Source: Lama glama (Eukaryota). From it: a stretch of 64,000 bases of DNA. The DNA lies in NCBI GenBank assembly GCA_028534125.1, contig CM052817.1, positions 43,092,001 to 43,156,000 on the forward strand, in the 5' to 3' direction. Positions within the stretch are counted from its first letter, which is position 1. Each line of letters opens with the position of its first letter. Under the pieces are notes generated by a model that was not told the origin of the DNA, made no database searches, and saw only the letters and a list, made by a program, of their open reading frames with translations. Below are positions 56,901 to 64,000 of the stretch, piece after piece. The position numbers and the translations under genes were made by a program.

Positions 56901-59811
56901 CTTTTCAGAGTAAAGTAATTTACAGAAATGCAATAGAAAGAAAGCTAAGGAAAGAAATAAAGCTAGTATTTCCTCCTTTGGTGAGGCTCTCTATATATTA
57001 ACAATAGCTCTAAAATTATTCCCATAGCCTACAAATTATTAATGCACTGTCCCCTTTGACCTTAAAGGACTAGTAATAAAGATGAGAAAGCCTTGGAAAC
57101 AGTTCAGTCAGGTTTCTCACAAGCACTCAGCAGGTACTGTGCCCCCTTTTCCTTTGTTTCTTTCAACAAAAATCTTACCAGATTTCTGGTAATTCTCACA
57201 TTTATGGCTTCAATATGTTTTTTTCTACTGATCCGACTTACCTGCATTTGGGGTAACTGGTGCTTTAAAAACATACCAGATTGCAAGACCCTCCTAGAGT
57301 CCATGTCTTTTTATCTTTGATTCCTCAGGCCAAATGATAAGGCAATATCCAAATTAAAGGCAATTATCTCCTCCCAAAACCATGATAATCAAAAAATTTT
57401 GAATTGCTGAAAAGGTCAATCCATTTACAATATAATGTAAAGCATATGGGACTAATCTTAAAAAGTTGTAAAACACAAATGAAAACCTTCACTAAGAAAC
57501 AGAACAGATTTTAATAAAATAGAAAGACATGCTATGTTCCTGGAAAGGAACACTCAATACTGTCAATACGTTTAATCCCAAGTTAATATACAGTTTTCAT
57601 GTAATGCCAAAATCCCAACATCGCAGAATCATACAAAGTGTTCATTAAACCTGAAGTTTTCTGGGCTGTTCTCTAAACCTAGTATTAAATCTTGGGGACT
57701 GAAGTCCAGGAATCTGTTCAATAATCAGGTAAAGTTTAAGAACCCTTGCATTAGTCCTGCTAATGACTGATCTGAAGGCCATTAACAGAGAGGATATTCA
57801 TCATGAACTGTTTTGATCACTGGGAGAGTTTTACTTCTCTGCCTCCTAGGACACTGGCTAAAGGAGAAAGCAGCCTGTGGAAACAGCAGCACTGGCATCA
57901 CCTGAGAGCTTGCTGGTGCTGCAGAACCTGCAGTGAAATAAGCCCCCAAAGACTCACTTATCAGAGTTTGAGAAACAGCACATTAGAGAACAAGACTCCT
58001 CGAGCCACAGTTTAAAAATTAATACATCTAAAACAAACCAGCTACTCAAGTAAACGGAAATGCACATCCCTCCTGAACTTCCCTGCTCTACCACCAGTCC
58101 CTAGGACCCCTCGTCATGACTCCCAGAAGACTGTAATGCAGTCACTATATTTGACCTCCTTTTCCTTTATTTCTAGTCACAACAGCTCCCCCTCCCTTAC
58201 CCTCATTTTCTTTACTAAAAAGTCAGAAAAGCAGATTTTTAGAATGAATGCGGGTTGTTCTGTTTTTCTGGTTTTGCTTTTTTTTTTAATTATTATTTTG
58301 CAAAACTGAAAAAGACCACAGATAAACTTAGTTTTCTACTACTACTACTTTTTCTCTCTCTCTTACATCTCAAAACTCCATTCACAGGTCTGAAGCCTGG
58401 GTAGTAAGTCTCATTTCACAACTTCCATCTCACCAGAAGATCAGGTGCATCAAATTAGCCAATTCTTACACGATGCTGTTCAATTTGTCTTTTCTTCCCA
58501 AATTCAGCATTATGCTAAGCTTTCCTTGGGGCTCCCTGGCCATACAACTGTTAAGTAAAAAAAAACAAACAAAAAAACCTTACACCTTCAACTTTTCCCA
58601 GTTTTCCTAAATGTCACATAACTGCCATTCTACAACACATCACCTGTTTCCTTGGCCTGCTTTTCAATGCTCTCTTCACCCAATTATAACACTCCTGCCT
58701 CTCGCCCAAACTGCAATTAACTAGTCATAAGATGGGGGCTCCTCCTATGTTCTTTTTTCTCCCAACAAATTTTAATATGTGGCTCTGCTAGCCTCTGGAA
58801 AATATTTTAAGTAGGACACCGTATGTATGATTTTACAAGTCTATGGAGGGGAGAAAGACAAAAATAAGTTAGTACAACATACTGCATTGAACTCCATGGG
58901 CAATATAACTAAAGTACAAAGAGCTGTAATGAAAAAATTATGTTTGGAATACCCTCAAGCCAGCATTCATTCTCTTTTCACTTAAGCAGGCCCTGAAATT
59001 TCATCGTTTTAGGAAGCCTTTCTTGATGAGAACTAACAACATAAGCCAAGAATCTTATTACATAAACAGCATCACAGACCTAACTCAAATTAAACATGCA
59101 ACTGCTTAATACACATATCTTCTAATTCAGCAGCTTGTTTATATAATCCCACTTATGATTAGAGATAAATAGTAAGCAAGAATGCCATAACTTCATCTTT
59201 GGAAGGTACCACTTCAACACGTTGAAAATTTTATTTTCAACCTCTGTGAATGATCAAGTTAAAAAATTCACTCATTTGATCAGATTCCCAACATGAAATG
59301 TATGAAATCCCAACTTAGCAGTGGATCGGGTTCTGACAGCTTCTAAAACGACTCTTTGGCTTTCAGAACATTTCCCCACAGAATTAATCCTCCATTAATA
59401 ATCAAGGTCTCATCTCACATCAGCCTGTAGTCTAGTACTAATAGAACTACAACACCTAATGTCTCTCTAAAAAGACATTACTGTGGGACATTCTTTCAGG
59501 GTTCCAACTTGAGAAGCCAAGAATACATCTTACCATAGCCCAAGCATCACAGGTTTCACCCAGCCTACCAAAGTGTAAGAAAGGGGTTCCCCCAGATTCA
59601 AGCCACTAGTAGTGCCCATGTAACTACAAGCAGTAACTCAGGCAAGTTGCCTACAAATTCTAAAACAGGGCCTAACTTTTCTCTGGTCATGTGTCCATCT
59701 GAGAATATGATGAGAGCCATAAGCCCTCTCATAAGAAAAACGAACACGGATGTCTATGAACGACCCCAATGGCAAAGTGTAGGGTCCACACAATTAATTG
59801 TACACTACAGA

Positions 59812-59962
59812 CCAGTACTGTCCAACGTATGTCCAACATAATGACAGCCTCCTATGTAATTTTAAATTTTCTAATAGCTACATCCAAAAGGTAAAAATCA
59901 GTAAATTTAAATATATTTTATTTAAACAAAAATACCCAAAATGTGATTATTTCAACATGTAA
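59812..59962 (+). mobile_element. MER33-like hAT-Charlie fragment
   Basis: cagtactgtccaa...tatgtaattttaaattttctaatagctacat...ttatttcaacatgtaa. Confidence 0.7.
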
Positions 59963-60290
59963 GTGGATGAACTTTAAAGACATTATGCAAAATGAAATAA
60001 GCCAATCACAAAAGGATGAATACTATCATTTCAATCACATGAGGTACTTAGAATAGTCAAATTCGGAGGGACAGGAAATAGGATAGTGGTTACCAGGGTT
60101 TGGGAGAAATTGGGAACAAGGAGTTAGTGTTTAATGAATACACAGGTTCCATTTGGGAAGATGGAAAAAGTCCTGGAGATGGATAGTGGTGATGGTGGCA
60201 CAACAATATGAATGTACTTACTGCCACTGAACTGTAAACTTCAGAATGTTTAAAATGGTAAATTTTGTTATGTATACTTTACTACAATCA
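59963..60290 (+). mobile_element. L1MB-like 3' end
   Basis: gtggatgaactttaaagacattatgc...ggagatggatagtggtgatggtggcacaacaatatgaatgtactt...aaaatggtaaatttt. Confidence 0.85.
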
Positions 60291-60434
60291 GGAGGGGGGA
60301 AAAAGACATGTACTCAAGAGCCAAGATTGAGAAAAGACTTTTTACGCTCTATCAAGGACATTCTTGAGAAGCTGGCTCTAAAACTGACCTTAAAAAAAAA
60401 AAAAAAACCTGCCTTAAACTGGCTTTTAAAAACA

Positions 60435-60683
60435 TACTGAGTGCATGTGACAGTGAAAAATACAATGACTACTAACATATTTTGGTGCCAACAGTCTAGA
60501 TTTGTGTTACAGTAATACTATCTGCTTGATCCACTACCACCATTGCTTTTGAATCATCAGTGCAAATGCCAGTACAGTGTAAAAGTCTTTGCAGTATTAG
60601 GAAAATAATTTTTGATCCCCTCAAAGGGTCTTGAGGACCCCTCCCCCTGGAGCCCACAAACCACACTTTGAGAACCATTACTG
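60435..60683 (-). mobile_element. Charlie1-like hAT transposon end
   Basis: Minus strand cagtaatggttctcaaagtgtgg...cctcaagaccctttgagggg...catttgcactgatgattcaaaagcaatggtg. Confidence 0.7.
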
Positions 60684-60976
60684 AAGCCTATTCATGACAA
60701 AAAAGACACAAAGACCACAAATAGGCTTTATTTTTGCTTTTGCCTGTTTTGTCTTTCAAGAAGATAGAAACAAACAGGTTGATATGCTGAGCAGACACAG
60801 TAGGTAATAAGGAAGAAGTAGAAGATAGAAGAAAAATCGGGTAATTGATGGAGAAGAAACAGGAGGGAAAATACAATCAGAGGGTACAGTCTCTAAAGTT
60901 GGAAGTAAAGGAGAGACAGATTATTAGAGGTAGATGGGGGCAAAGGGAGTTATACTCCGGCTTATAAAAAAGCTCT

Positions 60977-61268
60977 AAGTCCTAGGGATGTAATGCAGCA
61001 TCGAGACTATAGTTAATGTTACTGTATGCCGTCAAGAGAGTAGAATTAAAACTTCTCATCACAAGAAAAAAAATTATAACTATGTGTATATGAAAGTTGT
61101 CAAGAGAGTAGATATTAAAAGTTCTCATCACAAGAAAAAAAAGTGTAACTGTGTGGTGACAGATGTTAACTAGACTTACTGTGGTGATCATTTCACAATA
61201 TAGACAAGTATGGAATCATGTTGTACATCTGAAACTAATATATGTCAGTTATATCTCAATTAAAAAAA
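60977..61268 (+). mobile_element. L1MA-like 3' end with an internal tandem duplication
   Basis: agtcctagggatgtaatgcagcat...ttactgtggtgatcatttcacaat...tatatctcaattaaaa. Confidence 0.85.
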
Positions 61269-62179
61269 CTCTCTACTTAGAAAAATACAGATACTAGATA
61301 AATGCTTCTTGATAATGATGGTGATAATCCCATAGTTTAACGAAAAATATTTTAAAATTTTTTGATATAACTTTTCTTTTAACTTAACTTTTCACTTGCA
61401 CATGTATAAAAATATGCCAAATATATCATAGAAGTAATGTCAGTCATTTCTCATCATGTCATTTTTAAGAAAATTGTTGTATGATGTCACATGAATTTAT
61501 TTTCTGCAGACTCAGAAGTATAGTATTCCAGGTTTAAGTCAAATGCATTTGTGTTATGATCTAATAAACTAAAAATTTAAAAGAACCTGTGTCTTTCCTT
61601 TTTCTTTTGAACAAATGGAGCACATAATGGTTAAAGGAAATGCAAAAGGGCATTTGATATTATACCTCATCAGACTCCAGCTTTAAAGTTCCCATAACCT
61701 TGAACTAGGAACAGAAGGAGTCGGGGGATAAGAATTCAGCTATTTCTCTTCTTTTCACTTCCTTTCCTCCCCAGCAGCAGGTCCTAGATACTACTATGCT
61801 AGATTCAACTGACGAAGCTGAAGTAAAGCAATTTTATGTTACTGATTTTACAGTTCACAAATTATTTCACTTAGACTGAATCTTTCTAGACTGAGAAAAC
61901 ACTATTTCGGGGGCAGTTGCAATTTTAAACTGTTTAATGTTAATTCTGACATCTCAAACAACTGCAGCACATGTTCTGATGGCCTTAGGAAAGAGCAAAG
62001 TGGGAAAGCCTTAACTCAAAAATGTTTGTGAATACCTCCTCCACCTCAGACTCCTCAGGCACCCATTAATACTCCAGCTGCCTCCAGAATATTAAAAGTC
62101 CCCTAGTCCCTTAAGCCTGCTCAAGGTCCCACTCCAAGCAAAGGCCAATGCTTGACGTGCACAGGAGCTAATTAAGGAG

Positions 62180-62320
62180 GCCACATGTAGTGGAAAGAGT
62201 GCTAAATTAAAGTCCTGGGACTTAAATTCTGCTCTCCATAACCAACACCAACAGTGTGACTTTTGGGTTCATCCCTTACTCTACTTTCTCATAGTTAAAT
62301 AAGGGAACTAAAATTGGATA
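62180..62320 (+). mobile_element. MIR fragment
   Basis: tgtagtggaaagagtgct...cagtgtgacttttggg...aagggaactaaaattgga. Confidence 0.5.
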
Positions 62321-64000
62321 ATTGCTACAATTATGGGAGATTTAATGATGCACTAGCATTTCAAAATAAAGACTGTTAGTCCAACAACACCGAAGGCAGT
62401 TAATAGACTACTTGGGATATTCTCTGAAGGAAGCTGAGAAGGTCTTAGCCTTAATTCAGATTCCTGTACACAATCCACCACCCCATTCCTGTATTTAGTC
62501 TTTCAAAATGCAAAATTCAGTAGAATTGACCTCAAAATATCCATAATGACCCACCACAACCTTTTATACATGTAGCCTTTATTAAGAAAGACAGCCACTA
62601 CTCTAAAGTGAGAACACATTTGAACCTTGATTCTGAAACAGGAGGTTCTCATGGCAGAAATTTGTGGGACATTAGAATAGTTACATCCAACTTTGAACAT
62701 GATGGGTTCATATAGCACCTTGCAAACTCGCTTCCAATATTCCTTAGGGACAGGGTACTACTGGCAAAATGCCACACACAAACGCATTTTTTAAAATCCA
62801 TGGATCGGCAACATTTCTTAAGTTGCCACTTCAGTGAACTGAAAAACATAAATCCTGTAACAGCTAGCTTCACTGGGTTTTTTAAAAATATATAACCATC
62901 AATTTGGATTGAGATCCTTAGAACTATATAAATAATACTCTGCTAAAAGATGAAAAATTAACAAAGATTTAACAATCTAGGTAACCATTCACTAGGATTT
63001 GAACTAGGCTAGTTGGTAAACAAACAAAAAAACCTATCTAGCTCTACATTACTGCACTGCAACGCCGGTTAATTAGCTTACAAACTTCTGTTATTGATCA
63101 CAAGAGAGACCATTAAAAGCCTATGCACAGCTGAGCACACACACATCCAACTTCTGGAAAAATAACTCAAAACACATGTCCTACTGAGCATGAGTCAGTG
63201 GCATCATTTTTTTGTACACAAAGAATAGACCATTAACATTCAGTAGGAGAGATTCTGCTATGTAGGCCAGAGACTGAGAAAGTGGGTCATGGCCAGTGAT
63301 GCATAATCCCACTCCCTAGAAAAACAGTCCTGACAACACTCATTAAATAAAATATTTTACTGTATCATGTGTAAGTCATTTCAGTACTAATACCTTAATG
63401 ACTCCAGAATGAACAGTAAAATTTAGACTAACCACCAACCATCTCATTTAAAAGACAATACTTAGGTATGGAAAACAGCTCTAGCCAGCCCTAACAATGG
63501 CCCAGCCATAAAAATTTTTAAAAGAATAAAAATTTTAAAATAAGAATTAAGGAAAATAAATAAATGCAGCAATTAGGCAAGGGAAGTGGAGTCTTGGAAA
63601 CCTCTCTTCCAGGGTACCAAAGAAGAAACACAAGATGTTGAGGGTGATAATGATTAGTTACTAACAAAACTACATAAAGACTTTGTTTGCTACCCTCTGG
63701 TCTGTTACGCTAGACTTAACAAATTCTCTGATCTATAAAAAATTTCAGTGTTTCTCTACCTAGAAAATGAGCACCCCCAATAACATACAGACTAGAGGGG
63801 TCCCCCAAAGTAATGATCATGTGTTTCCTTCACCCAAAGCATTAAGGAGATGAGATCCCCTTCTTGTTAACCTCTCATTCTCTTAGACACTGGCTGTCGC
63901 ATCACACCTTCGTACTATCAGCCACTCTAGAGAAAGTCATAGCCACTTGACCATTTCCAATACTATTACTTCCTGAAGATTAGGTACTCAGAGCACATCT

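Overview
AT-rich mammalian genomic DNA, probably camelid: it carries a Vic-1-like tRNA-derived SINE, and I saw no Alu, Bov-tA, PRE-1 or SINEC copies. The whole window lies inside the BMP2K (BIKE, NAK-family Ser/Thr kinase) gene on the minus strand. Nine coding exons (exons 2-10 by the human gene structure as I recall it; exon 10 is cut by the window edge) have canonical GT-AG sites and splice in frame. Together they give 963 coding nt covering nearly the whole kinase domain. Exon 1 is not in the window, so 31196-64000 is intron 1. The introns are full of decayed transposons: a near-full-length L1 with a nested Tigger1 derivative, a second large L1 with a nested MER47/Tigger5 element and a 500-N gap, many L1 3' ends, L2, MIR, MLT1, LTR40-like, MER2, MER33, MER104 and Charlie elements. 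I found no convincing new biological system. The most unusual unexplained features are a ~143-bp, ~79% identical direct repeat bracketing exon 4, a 42-bp direct repeat in intron 5, and His in place of the usual Cys just before the catalytic ALK motif. Repeat family names come from recalled consensus sequences. Repeat boundaries are approximate unless a target-site duplication (TSD) is quoted.
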